A stretch of DNA of 64,000 nucleotides, from assembly GCA_040830765.1 (NCBI GenBank), contig JBFOMH010000002.1, positions 55,465 to 119,464 on the forward strand, read 5' to 3'. This DNA is from Puniceicoccaceae bacterium. GTDB lineage: Bacteria > Verrucomicrobiota > Verrucomicrobiia > Opitutales > Oceanipulchritudinaceae. A program made the position numbers and the translations under genes. Below the pieces are notes generated by a model. It ran no database searches. It saw only the letters and a program-made list of their open reading frames with translations, and was not told the DNA's origin. Within the stretch, counting starts at the first letter, position 1, and each line of letters starts with the position of its first letter. Below are positions 41,192-50,821 of this stretch, in pieces.

Positions 41192-41536
41192 CTAGAGAAA
41201 CTCACCCCGCAGGACGCCTATCGCCACAGCAAAGGAAAACAACAGGCCCGCCAGTACGAAAACGATCAAGTTTCCCCAATAGCCGATGGTCGCCATCGTC
41301 TCCCCGCGGATGCGCCCGCCCTTGCGACGGATTATCTTCCGTGCCCGCCAGGCCATGACCAGCCCCACCAGCCCCAAAAGGGTCGAGATCAGCGTTATCA
41401 GAAGAATGTCCGTACCCCGGAGAGCCGGCCAGACAAAGAAGTTGATCAGCAACAGCAGTACCGGAATTTTCGCCATCAGCGGTTCCCCCTGGCCCTTCTG
41501 CTGGCCCCAGCGCCTGCCTTTCTTCCATTTTCCCAT
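41192..41536 (-). CDS. Small hypothetical membrane protein (DUF4190-like)
   Basis: Three TM segments with a 'ARKIIRRKGGRIRG..MATIG' loop. Confidence 0.55.
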   Translation of the reverse strand: MGKWKKGRRWGQQKGQGEPLMAKIPVLLLLINFFVWPALRGTDILLITLISTLLGLVGLVMAWRARKIIRRKGGRIRGETMATIGYWGNLIVFVLAGLLFSFAVAIGVLRGEFL

Positions 41537-41634
41537 GGCGCCTACCTATGCAAGGCCACTTCGTTACAGGCAATATTTTTCCCCTCCCCGAATTTATTGA
41601 CTAAGCAATGCCAATAAGAAAGGGTGATGGGCGG

Positions 41635-42699
41635 ATGGAGGCACAAGGAGGCAGAGGTCCCCGGGAGGGGTGGCTACTGTGGGTGCTGGCGGGATTGCTG
41701 GTACTGGCCTCGGTGCTATCGCTGGCCCTGGGCTCGCTGGAGACCCCGGGGAAGGAAGTTCTGGGAGCACTTTTGCAGCGGCTGAGCGGGGGCCTGTGGG
41801 CAGGCACAGTGGATGAGCGGGTCGTGACGGTGGTGATGGACATCCGGCTGCCGCGGGTACTGGTGGCGATCCTGGTCGGAGCCGCGCTGGCGACGGCGGG
41901 GGCCTGTCTTCAGGGATTGTTCCGGAATCCGCTGGCGGATCCGGGGCTGATCGGGGTCAGCAGTGGCGGGGCCATTGGCTCTATCCTCGCTATCAGCAGC
42001 GTGGGCCTGATTCTGCCATCAAACAGCCTTCTACTGGAACTGCAGATACCGCTGTGGGCGATGGCCGGGGCCATGGTAACGACCTTCACCGTCTACCGCA
42101 TTGCGCGGATTGCCGGCAAGACCCACATCTCGACCCTGCTGCTGGCCGGAATAGCGGTCAATGCACTGGCCGGGGCGATTGTCGGGGCAATGCTTTACCT
42201 GTCCGACAACGACTCCCTGCGGCGCTTCACCTTCTGGACACTTGGCAGTCTCCAGACCACGACCTGGCGGACGCTCTTCCTGATGGCCCCTTTCATTGTT
42301 TTTCCACTGGCCATCCTCCCGGGTTACCGCCGAGCGCTGAACGCCTTTCTGCTGGGAGAGGCGGAAGCCTACCATCTTGGTTTCAACACCCAGAAGACGA
42401 AGCGGTTGGTGGTCGGACTGTGCGCCCTCATGGTCGGGGTGACAGTCGCCTTCTGCGGGCTGATTGGATTTGTCGGCCTGGTGGTCCCGCACCTCGTGCG
42501 CCTGGTCTGGGGTCCGGATTTCCGCCGGCTGATTCCCGCCTCCGCCCTACTTGGCGGCTTGCTGGTCCTGCTGGCAGACCTGCTTGCCCGGACCATCAAC
42601 GCACCGGCTGAAATGCCGATCGGGGTGGTGACATCCCTCGTCGGGGCCCCGTTTTTCCTGTACCTGATCCACCGCCGGAAACGGCACTTGAGTTTTTGA
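41635..42699 (+). CDS. Iron/heme/B12 ABC transporter permease (FecCD/HmuU/BtuC family)
   Basis: IRLPRVL, QGLFRNPLADPGLIGVSSG, GLIGFVGLVVPH, EMPIGVVT. Start uncertain (41608 or 41635). Confidence 0.93.
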   Translation: MEAQGGRGPREGWLLWVLAGLLVLASVLSLALGSLETPGKEVLGALLQRLSGGLWAGTVDERVVTVVMDIRLPRVLVAILVGAALATAGACLQGLFRNPLADPGLIGVSSGGAIGSILAISSVGLILPSNSLLLELQIPLWAMAGAMVTTFTVYRIARIAGKTHISTLLLAGIAVNALAGAIVGAMLYLSDNDSLRRFTFWTLGSLQTTTWRTLFLMAPFIVFPLAILPGYRRALNAFLLGEAEAYHLGFNTQKTKRLVVGLCALMVGVTVAFCGLIGFVGLVVPHLVRLVWGPDFRRLIPASALLGGLLVLLADLLARTINAPAEMPIGVVTSLVGAPFFLYLIHRRKRHLSF

Positions 42700-42700
42700 G

Positions 42701-43501
42701 ATGTTGCGCGCCAAGGACATAACACTGGACATCGGGCCGCGGCAGATCCTGCGGGGCATCGACCTTGCGGTGGAACCGGGAAAGGTCACCGCCATCCTTG
42801 GCCCCAACGGGGCGGGCAAGACAACCCTGTTGCGCATCCTTTCCGGCGAGTGGACCCCGGACCGGGGATCGGTGGAACTGAATGGAGAGGCGATCGGGAA
42901 AATTCCGGTCCGCCGACTGGGCCAGCTGAGGGCCTACCTCCATCAGGAGTCGACACTGGATTTTGCCTTCACGGTCCTTGAGGTGGTGTTGCTTGGGCGG
43001 AGCCCGCACATGGAAGGCAGCGAACGGCCGGAGGATTACGAAGCGGCCCGCAAGGCGCTCCGGGAAGTGGATCTGGCGGACCGGGAGAATGACTTCTACA
43101 CGGCCCTTTCCGGAGGAGAGAAGCAACGGGTGCACCTGGCCCGCGTCCTATGCCAGATAGATGAAGCGGGCATCGGGGAAGCCCGGTACCTCTTTCTTGA
43201 TGAACCGACCAACAATCTCGACCTGTCCCACCAGCAAACGATATTCCGGGTAGTCCGGCGCCTGACGAAGGCTGGCACCGCGGTTTGCATGGTGGTACAT
43301 GACCTTAACCAGGCCTTCCAGGTGGCGGACCGCGTCATCATTTTGGACAAGGGAACCGTCGCGCTGGAGGGAGAACCGGAAATTATTGCCCAGTCAGACG
43401 AGTGTGCGCGTATCTTTGGTGTCCGGCTGAAGCGGATCGAGGTGGGTTCCTCGCGCCGGCCATACCTGATTCTCGATCCCTCGGAGGAAACGGAGGCCTA
43501 G
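42701..43501 (+). CDS. Heme ABC transporter ATP-binding protein (HmuV-like)
   Basis: GPNGAGKT, LSGGEKQRVHLARVL.Q, LDEPT, HDLN. Confidence 0.9.
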   Translation: MLRAKDITLDIGPRQILRGIDLAVEPGKVTAILGPNGAGKTTLLRILSGEWTPDRGSVELNGEAIGKIPVRRLGQLRAYLHQESTLDFAFTVLEVVLLGRSPHMEGSERPEDYEAARKALREVDLADRENDFYTALSGGEKQRVHLARVLCQIDEAGIGEARYLFLDEPTNNLDLSHQQTIFRVVRRLTKAGTAVCMVVHDLNQAFQVADRVIILDKGTVALEGEPEIIAQSDECARIFGVRLKRIEVGSSRRPYLILDPSEETEA

Positions 43502-44925
43502 CCAGCCTCCCCGCGGATACAGCGCAGAAGAGCCTCCATTTTCATACTGGTCTCGCGCAGCTCCAATTCGGGAACAGATCCCTCGACGATACCGGCACCG
43601 GCGTAGAGCCGGGCCTCCGAGCCGCGAGTCAGGGCACTGCGCAGACCGACCGCGAACTCACCATTGCCGCGCAGGTCAAACCATCCGGTAACGCCGGCAA
43701 AGAGCCCGCGCGGGAACGGTTCCCAGGCGGCAATATCCGGAATAGCCGCCTCCCTTGGCTTGCCACCGACCGCCGGAGTCGGATGGAGCGACTGGACCAG
43801 ATCAAGGATATGAAGGCCGTCCCGCATATCTCCCTCAACGGGGGTCCTGAGGTGTTGCACGTTGGGCAGGACGAGCAGGCCAGGCTGATTGCCGACCGTC
43901 GCCTCCAGTCCCAGGTCGGCGAGGCGGCGGCGAATGCTTTCCACGACATGGCCGTGTTCGCGCAGGTCCTTTTCACTGGAAAGCAACTCCCGGGCCAGCC
44001 GAGCATCTATGCGGGCATCCGGATCCCGGCCGGCGGAGCCGGCGATGGCCTCCGTGATGAAACGGCCATCCTTGACGGCGACAAGGCGCTCAGGGGTGGC
44101 CCCGATGAAGCTGGCCCCGTTTTCGTGCTGTAGCGAAAAACTATTACAAACGGAATAATCCTGCCGCAGGCGGTTGAGGATCTTCAGGGGCTGACAGGGA
44201 TTGTCGAAGACCAGGTCAACGGCCCGGGAGAGGACAATCTTCTCGTAGGCTCCTTCGCGGATCCGGGAAAGGGCACGCTCGACATTGGCGGTGAAAGCCC
44301 CCTCCGGCCCGACCTCGTTTTCCTCGAGGATGTGATAGACGGGAGCCGGCGGCGGACGGTCGTAGGAAAATGTAGTGAATTTCTGGTGCGCATTCCAGAT
44401 TCGCCCGGCCACGGCCTCCACGTCCATGGCAGGCTGGATCAGGACATTGGCGACCGCGACATAGCAATCACCGGTACGGGCCACCTGCCACTGGGGGACA
44501 AAGACCAGGGCGGAGGGAAATGCCTCGCCGGCCTCCGCGGCGTCCATGAATGTGAAGCCCGAGAAAAAGAGCGGACCGGCCATTGGCAGGCTCATGTCGC
44601 CAATGGCGATGACATGCTCGTCCCACTCCTTGGCAAAATCCCGGGCCAGTTGGAAACGATCCGCCCCGTTCCAGACACCCGAGACCACCCCCTCAGCCCC
44701 GGCAACCGCCCATTCACGGCTGGGATTTTCCATGTAGAAGTGATGGGCCTCCCCCTCGTAAATGGAATCAAGGACGGCCAGGGGATCAATATGCCGCACC
44801 CCGAGACTGATGCTGGCGATCTTGTCATGCCCATCTGTATCGGCAGAGTCACGACAAGCAGAGAGAAAGACCTTGAGGTCCTCCGGATCGGCCCGGTTCT
44901 CGAGAGGAATGTCGATAATTTCCAC
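43498..44925 (-). CDS. Isochorismate synthase (MenF/EntC-like chorismate-binding enzyme)
   Basis: KIVLSR, FIGATPERL, EAIAGS, KDLREH, NVQHL, LHPTPAVGG, LYAGAGIV. GTG start at 44925 chosen to avoid overlap. Confidence 0.88.
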   Translation of the reverse strand: MEIIDIPLENRADPEDLKVFLSACRDSADTDGHDKIASISLGVRHIDPLAVLDSIYEGEAHHFYMENPSREWAVAGAEGVVSGVWNGADRFQLARDFAKEWDEHVIAIGDMSLPMAGPLFFSGFTFMDAAEAGEAFPSALVFVPQWQVARTGDCYVAVANVLIQPAMDVEAVAGRIWNAHQKFTTFSYDRPPPAPVYHILEENEVGPEGAFTANVERALSRIREGAYEKIVLSRAVDLVFDNPCQPLKILNRLRQDYSVCNSFSLQHENGASFIGATPERLVAVKDGRFITEAIAGSAGRDPDARIDARLARELLSSEKDLREHGHVVESIRRRLADLGLEATVGNQPGLLVLPNVQHLRTPVEGDMRDGLHILDLVQSLHPTPAVGGKPREAAIPDIAAWEPFPRGLFAGVTGWFDLRGNGEFAVGLRSALTRGSEARLYAGAGIVEGSVPELELRETSMKMEALLRCIRGEAG

Positions 44926-44941
44926 GGGGACAAGTGTTGGT

Positions 44942-45685
44942 TCAGGAGTGGCGGATCCAGCGGGAGGCCTGGGCCACCGACCACTGGTACTTGCGCTGAT
45001 GTTCGCGAATGAGAAAGGGCATGTCCCATGTCGCATCAAGGTCGAAGGCGGATTCCAGATTCGCCTTGAGGGCCTCAAGGGGTTGACCCGTTTCCTGGGT
45101 CGCCCCGAGCCAGTACTCGGAGGCGGTAAAGGACTCCAGCCAGGTATTGGGAGTTGTAATAATCAATTGCCCGCCCGGCTTCAGCAGGTCGGGGAGGCGA
45201 GCAAGGAAATCAACCGGCCGGGCCAGCCGGCAGAGCAGGTTGGCGGCAAGGACACAATCGAAGGAGCCTAGGTCCTCCCTCAGGGCCTGGGCATCCCCCT
45301 GCTCGAAGCGGACTGAACCCGTTACCCCTTCCGGACGACGGGCGACAGCCGCATGGACAATGGTGCCGGTTTCCTTGATGAAGTAATTCAGTTCACCCTC
45401 TTCGGCGATGGCTTTCCCGGCGTCGGCAAAGGAGCTGGAGTAGTCAATCCCGATGACCTCGTCGAAGATCCTTCCCAGCTCGAATGTGGCCCGGCCGACG
45501 GCACACCCGATGTCCAGGGCGCGGCCGAAAGCCGGCATGCGGACACCCTCCGTGACGCAACGGGCGGGGAAGCCGAGCGCCTCGCCTGGCCCGAATTCCC
45601 AGGGGAGTTGCTCCCCGGGTTGACCATAGTGGAAGAGCAGGTACTGGTGCAGTAATTCGGCGGTTTCGTAGCTACCGGTGTTCAT
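44942..45685 (-). CDS. SAM-dependent methyltransferase resembling the OvoA C-terminal (mercaptohistidine N-methyltransferase) domain
   Basis: YET.ELLHQYLLFHYG, RALDIGCAVGRATFEL, GIDYS, LAANLLCRL, IREHQRKYQ. Confidence 0.75.
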   Translation of the reverse strand: MNTGSYETAELLHQYLLFHYGQPGEQLPWEFGPGEALGFPARCVTEGVRMPAFGRALDIGCAVGRATFELGRIFDEVIGIDYSSSFADAGKAIAEEGELNYFIKETGTIVHAAVARRPEGVTGSVRFEQGDAQALREDLGSFDCVLAANLLCRLARPVDFLARLPDLLKPGGQLIITTPNTWLESFTASEYWLGATQETGQPLEALKANLESAFDLDATWDMPFLIREHQRKYQWSVAQASRWIRHS

Positions 45686-45787
45686 GCAAGGCACCATAGG
45701 CGGAAACCTGCCGAATGCAAGGACCCGCGCGGTTGTCCGGTGAGAATTCACCTTGCAGGAAAGGGGGAGCAACCCAAAGGTGAAATC

Positions 45788-46321
45788 ATGACCCTTGAAG
45801 AGCGACTGGAAACCTACCTCAGCCGGAGCCCGGAAATCGACCCGAGCGCCTATGTAGCACCATCGGCGGTAGTCATCGGTTCAGTAAAAGTCGGGCCCAA
45901 GGCCTCCGTGTGGCCCAATTGTGTCCTGCGGGGTGATATTGAGGACATTATTATTGGCGAAGGCTCCAACGTGCAGGACGGGACGGTCGTCCACCTTGCA
46001 GACGACCTCGCGGCGCGGGTGGGCAAGTACGTCACCATCGGGCATATGGCGATGATTCATGCCTGCACAATTGAGGATGAGTGCCTCATTGGGATGAAAG
46101 CGACCGTCCTTGACGGGGCGGTCATTGGCAAGCGCTCCATCGTCGGGGCCGGGGCCGTTGTCACCAAGAACACCATCGTTCCACCGGGCTCCCTCGTGCT
46201 GGGGATGCCGGCAAAAGTGGTCAAGCAGTTGAGTGAAGAAGAACAGGCCTCCCTGCGAACATGGGCCGAGAAATATGTCATCGTGGCAGCGGCCCACAAG
46301 GCACGCGAAGAGGAGCAATGA
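45788..46321 (+). CDS. Gamma carbonic anhydrase family (YrdA-like) protein
   Basis: Hexapeptide repeats; LRGD, SNVQDGTVVH, VTIGH.A.IHAC. Confidence 0.9.
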   Translation: MTLEERLETYLSRSPEIDPSAYVAPSAVVIGSVKVGPKASVWPNCVLRGDIEDIIIGEGSNVQDGTVVHLADDLAARVGKYVTIGHMAMIHACTIEDECLIGMKATVLDGAVIGKRSIVGAGAVVTKNTIVPPGSLVLGMPAKVVKQLSEEEQASLRTWAEKYVIVAAAHKAREEEQ

Positions 46322-47322
46322 CCAAGGGCCAGAAAATCCTCACCTACGCCACGGGATTTGCGCTTGGATGTCTCATCCTGGCAGTCATCCCCCGCGAGCG
46401 CGAAGCTCCCAAGGAACATCCCTGGCATGCCCAGACGGCCCTCGAGGGAAGTTACCCGATAGCCATAGAGGACGACCTTGGCCGGACCGTCCGCCTTGAG
46501 CGGCAGCCCCGGCATTTCATATCCCTTGCCCCGAGCATCACGGAAATCCTCTTTGCGATGGAGATGGGCGATCACCTGATGGCGGTTACCAAATGGTGTG
46601 ACTATCCAGAAGAAGCCCGCGCCCTTCGCGATGCCGGTGCCCACATCGGCTCGATGGACCAGCCCAACCGGGAACTGATCGCAACCTACCGCCCGGACTT
46701 GATCCTCGGTACGGACCTGACTCCCCCGGAAGTTTATGGTGCCATCGAGAATCCACCCAAGACGGTCGCGGTGGCACTGGCCCATGACAGCATGGAAGAC
46801 GTGATGGAGGACGTCCGCCTCATCGGTCGCCTGACGGGTGTGCCCGGCAAGGCATTGCGACTGATCGACGAGCTCGAGGCGGAGCAGGCTGCTGTCCGGA
46901 TGGGCCTTGAACCGTTTGCCTCAGCGTCGCCCAAGCAGGTGCTCTTCCTGCTCTCCATAGAGGAGTCGATGCAGCCGGGATGGGCACCGGGAGAGAACAC
47001 CTGGGTGCACAACCTGATCGAGGAGTCCCATGCCCGCAACCTGGCCGCGGAGCTGGGGAAGTCATGGGGTCAGGTCTCCCTTGAGGGCCTCCTGAGCATG
47101 AATCCGGAAATACTTCTCATCCGGGATGGTGAGTCCGCACAAGCGCAGGAAACCCTGCGAGCGCGCATCGCTAAGTTGCCGGAACACCCGGTCTGGAGGC
47201 AGGTCGAGGCCGTCAAAAGGGAACGGGTCCACATCCTTCCCTACGGTCCGCTGAACATTCCGGGACCCCGCATCATGGATGCATACTGCTCTGTCGCCAG
47301 CGCCGTCTGGGATCTGGACTAG
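46318..47322 (+). CDS. ABC transporter substrate-binding protein (BtuF/HmuT helical-backbone family)
   Basis: ISLAPSITEILFA, VTKWCDYPEEA, PGPRI; ATGA overlap with the upstream gene. Confidence 0.85.
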   Translation: MTKGQKILTYATGFALGCLILAVIPREREAPKEHPWHAQTALEGSYPIAIEDDLGRTVRLERQPRHFISLAPSITEILFAMEMGDHLMAVTKWCDYPEEARALRDAGAHIGSMDQPNRELIATYRPDLILGTDLTPPEVYGAIENPPKTVAVALAHDSMEDVMEDVRLIGRLTGVPGKALRLIDELEAEQAAVRMGLEPFASASPKQVLFLLSIEESMQPGWAPGENTWVHNLIEESHARNLAAELGKSWGQVSLEGLLSMNPEILLIRDGESAQAQETLRARIAKLPEHPVWRQVEAVKRERVHILPYGPLNIPGPRIMDAYCSVASAVWDLD

Positions 47323-47711
47323 GCCTGGCAATCCGGGCAGATGCCGTAGAAGATCGTCTCCTGTCCAGTGAGCTGGAATCCCTCCGGGGCCGGAATCTCG
47401 ACATCCGGAACCTCGACCTGAAGGTCGTAAACCCGGTCACAACGCCGGCAAATGAAATGGGCATGATGTCCATGGCTGACCCATTCATAACGCAGGGGCT
47501 GACCCGGGTAATCCACCCCGACGATCAAGCCCTCCTCGGACATGTCCTTCAACTGGCGATAGATCGTACGCAGCCCAATCTGGGGCAGGATGCGCTTTGC
47601 CCCCTTGTGGATTTCCGGCGGCGTGAGGGGTCGCTTTTCCTTCTGAAAAACCTCCTCGATGGCTAGCCTTTGCCGGGTCCTGCGGATCAAGGTTTCATCC
47701 TCCTGGATCAA
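47319..47711 (-). CDS. Fur-family transcriptional regulator
   Basis: TRQRLAI, IGLRTIYRQL, HHAHFICRRC and C-terminal CPDC; TTG start overlapping the upstream stop. Confidence 0.88.
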   Translation of the reverse strand: MIQEDETLIRRTRQRLAIEEVFQKEKRPLTPPEIHKGAKRILPQIGLRTIYRQLKDMSEEGLIVGVDYPGQPLRYEWVSHGHHAHFICRRCDRVYDLQVEVPDVEIPAPEGFQLTGQETIFYGICPDCQA

Positions 47712-48478
47712 TCAACAAGGTTGTCCCGGATGTAACGGAAACTCATTTCCAGGGAGTCAAATGGGTCCCCGGGACACTTGTCCTGTTCGACAATAAACCA
47801 CTGGCAGCCGGATGCTTCAGCGGTGGCAATGATGGTCTGGAAATCAAGAATGCCATTACCAATCTCGGCAAATTGCGGATTACCGTCTTCATCGATGCGG
47901 CAATCCTTGAGGTGCAGCAGCGGCAGCCGGTCACGCAAACGGGCACACCAGGCTTCCGGGGAGGAATTGCCGACATGGATCCAGTAAGTATCGATTTCCC
48001 CCTGAACAAATTGCGGGTCCGTCTCGCCGTAAATAATATCGAGAATGGGAACACCATCCAGCATCTCCAGCTCGACCGCATGATTGTGATAGGTGAGGAC
48101 CTTGCCCGCCTCGGCGAGGACCTTGCCCGAAGCATCGAGGCCCTTGACGAGCCCGTGGACGGATTCTTCCGATTGAAAGTCAATGCCCCTGGGGAACGGA
48201 TACGCGGTGTAGCGGCATCCGAAGGCCTCGAGATTTTCGACAACCTTCTCCGGATTGTTCAGGATCAGGTCGGAATCCTCATGGCTGGAATTAATGACCA
48301 GCCCCTTTTCCGCACAGAGGGAGGCTATCTCCATCTCGCTTATCGGACGCGGTCCGGAGACCTGGACAGACTTGTATCCAATCTCGGCGACTTTCTGGAG
48401 GGAGGCCTGGTAATCCTCCGGGGTGGTTAGATGATCCCTCAGGGTGTATAACTGAACGGCGACTTGTTCTATTTTCAT
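47708..48478 (-). CDS. Sugar-phosphate isomerase/epimerase family protein
   Basis: QLYTLRD, YHNH..E, EIDTYW, LHLKD, EIGNG.LD, IVEQD. Confidence 0.85.
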   Translation of the reverse strand: MKIEQVAVQLYTLRDHLTTPEDYQASLQKVAEIGYKSVQVSGPRPISEMEIASLCAEKGLVINSSHEDSDLILNNPEKVVENLEAFGCRYTAYPFPRGIDFQSEESVHGLVKGLDASGKVLAEAGKVLTYHNHAVELEMLDGVPILDIIYGETDPQFVQGEIDTYWIHVGNSSPEAWCARLRDRLPLLHLKDCRIDEDGNPQFAEIGNGILDFQTIIATAEASGCQWFIVEQDKCPGDPFDSLEMSFRYIRDNLVD

Positions 48479-48488
48479 TGTCAAAAAT

Positions 48489-49058
48489 TCAGGAACGCTG
48501 GCTCTTGCGGGTTTCCCGCTTTAACCGTTTCAATTTCTGGTCCAGCAAGCGAAGTTTCCGCTTTTCCATATGGTCAATAAACAAACGCCCGTTTAGATGG
48601 TCAACCTCGTGCTGGATCACTCGGGCGAACCAGCCACTGCAAACGAGTCGGTGAGGCGTGCCCTTGAGGTCCTGGTAGGTGACCTCGATGGACTCGGCGC
48701 GGGGAACGTCCCCCCGGATATCCGGAAAGGAGAGGCAGCCTTCCTCCCCGACCAAGGTCCGACCGGGCAGCACGCGGACAACGGGATTGACGAGGGCCAA
48801 GGGCATCAACAGGTCGATCGGTGGCCGCAACCCATCGAGTTGGTAGTCCAGTTCCTCCTCAGGCAACATGGAGACATCGACCACACAAAGCATCAGGGCC
48901 TTGTCGATCTGCTGGGCGGCAAGACCGACGCCCTCCTCGGCATACATCGTCTCCACCATGTTATCGGCCAGGTCCTTGAGCTGGTCATCAAAAACAGTGA
49001 CCGTTTCCCCGGTTTGCCGGAGGATCGGTTCGCCGTAATGTGTGACCCGTAAAACCAT
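48489..49058 (-). CDS. def: Peptide deformylase
   Basis: GVGLAAQQ, EEGCLSFP, QHEVDHLNG. Confidence 0.95.
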   Translation of the reverse strand: MVLRVTHYGEPILRQTGETVTVFDDQLKDLADNMVETMYAEEGVGLAAQQIDKALMLCVVDVSMLPEEELDYQLDGLRPPIDLLMPLALVNPVVRVLPGRTLVGEEGCLSFPDIRGDVPRAESIEVTYQDLKGTPHRLVCSGWFARVIQHEVDHLNGRLFIDHMEKRKLRLLDQKLKRLKRETRKSQRS

Positions 49059-49114
49059 GCGCTCCATTTAACAGCTTGCACCAAGCGGCCTGTCCAGTCA
49101 AATAAGGGATTCCG

Positions 49115-50812
49115 ATGGCTACCACCCCGGCAAAGCCAAGCCGCCCCTACCACCAGTCCATCTGGTATAAAATCCCGATGGCCGGCTTGCACTTGATCCT
49201 CGCGACCGCCGCGTTGTGGCTGGGTATGAGCATTCCCTCCTACTTCCGCTCCGTATCGCCGCTGGTCCTCGAGGCCGCAGCCGCAGGAACGCCGGACCTT
49301 GTCCAACAGGCGACCGACCAACTGCAAAGTGGCCGACCGGGCCTGGCCCAGCCCCTCCTGCAACTGGCAGCGAATCAGCCGGGCACATCGACCCTGCAGC
49401 TGCAGGCGGAGGCCCTTTTCGAGGCGAATCCCAACTACAAGTGGAGTGGCGGTCCGGCTCCTTTCTACGAACAGTTCCTGCAGCAGGCAGCCTTCCTGAG
49501 GGAGGATGAGACTTCCGTCATTCCAACCCTGCTTCCGGGTGAGCATCGCCGGCAATTGCTGGGCTTCCTCGAGCAAAGCCCAAACCGGAATGTCGGGCTT
49601 ATCTTGCAAACGCGTGAGCTTGATGGCTGGACGCGATTCTATCCGGTCAATTCCACCTCCGGCCAGCCCCTTGACGCCACTATCCTGACCACCGCCTTGC
49701 TGGAACAGTCGGGTGCCTTGCCTGAAGACCTCCGCCAGAGGCTGTTCAGCATCATTGAGACTGCTCTGGACAGGGGTCCCGAGGCCATCGCGCCGCTGGA
49801 ATCCTTTTATATCAGTATCCTGACCATCGGGCGCCGGGCCGACTGGATTCAGCTGCAAACGCTGGTGCAGGCCTCACGAACACCGGAACAACTGCTTTTC
49901 GCCGCCCAATCCCTGCAGGAGAATCCGGAGCGACTGCCGGTCCTCCTCGCTGCCAGCCTTAATGCCGAATCCAATCTGGCCCTGACGGGCTACCTCCACC
50001 GCCATGGCAAACGCGGATGGGAGGGGGTCGCCAGCGCGCTCCAGATGGGGCGTGGAGCTTTCGAGTCCCTGCTGGCCTTTGACAAGCCACTGTACCTACC
50101 GCCGGGATTCTGGTCGCGGCTGCCGGCTGAAGTCCGGGATAGCCAGAACACCTTCAAGACTTTCGCCGAGAGCTTCCCGGTATTAGGGATAGTCGCACGG
50201 GTGCTGGCTTTCGGCCTGTGCGGGTTCTTCCTCGTCGGCATCCTGAGGGTAATTATCCTTGGCCGGCGCCAGCGGGCCAGTCATGACCGCCGTGTCCTCA
50301 TCAACATCGACAGCCTCGTCGGGGCCGTCCTCGTCACCCTCCTGGTCTGGGTCCTGATTGAACCCGGACTGATGGATTTTCGTCCCAATGAACTGGGCAG
50401 CCTGCAAATCAAGCTGGCCCAGATCCTCCCGGAGGATAGCCTTTCCACAACCGAAAACGCCGTTTCCAAAATGATTGATCAAGTAACCATTCTCGTCCTG
50501 CTGCTGTTTTTCATCGCGCAGCTCCTGGTATTCATCTTTGGCCTGCTCAAGATAACGGAGATCCGCCGCCAGAAGGTTGCCCCGGAGGTCAAGCTGCACC
50601 TCCTCGACAATGAGGAAGTGCTCTTTGAACTGGGGCTTTATGTTGGGCTTGGAGGTACCGTGGGCTCACTGATCCTCGTTGTCCTCAACGTGGTCGATGC
50701 CAGCCTCATGGCGGCCTATGCCTCCACCCTTTTCGGCATCATCTTCGTGGCCATCCTGAAGGTCGGTTTCCTCCGGCCGTTCCGCCGCAACCTCATCCTT
50801 GGAAAAAACTGA
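49115..50812 (+). CDS. Uncharacterised membrane protein with a MotA/TolQ/ExbB-like C-terminal segment
   Basis: N-terminal TM, large helical domain, then several TMs ending GLYVGLGGTVGSLI...SLMAAYASTLFGIIFVAI. Confidence 0.6.
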   Translation: MATTPAKPSRPYHQSIWYKIPMAGLHLILATAALWLGMSIPSYFRSVSPLVLEAAAAGTPDLVQQATDQLQSGRPGLAQPLLQLAANQPGTSTLQLQAEALFEANPNYKWSGGPAPFYEQFLQQAAFLREDETSVIPTLLPGEHRRQLLGFLEQSPNRNVGLILQTRELDGWTRFYPVNSTSGQPLDATILTTALLEQSGALPEDLRQRLFSIIETALDRGPEAIAPLESFYISILTIGRRADWIQLQTLVQASRTPEQLLFAAQSLQENPERLPVLLAASLNAESNLALTGYLHRHGKRGWEGVASALQMGRGAFESLLAFDKPLYLPPGFWSRLPAEVRDSQNTFKTFAESFPVLGIVARVLAFGLCGFFLVGILRVIILGRRQRASHDRRVLINIDSLVGAVLVTLLVWVLIEPGLMDFRPNELGSLQIKLAQILPEDSLSTTENAVSKMIDQVTILVLLLFFIAQLLVFIFGLLKITEIRRQKVAPEVKLHLLDNEEVLFELGLYVGLGGTVGSLILVVLNVVDASLMAAYASTLFGIIFVAILKVGFLRPFRRNLILGKN

Positions 50813-50821
50813 TCCCTCCCG

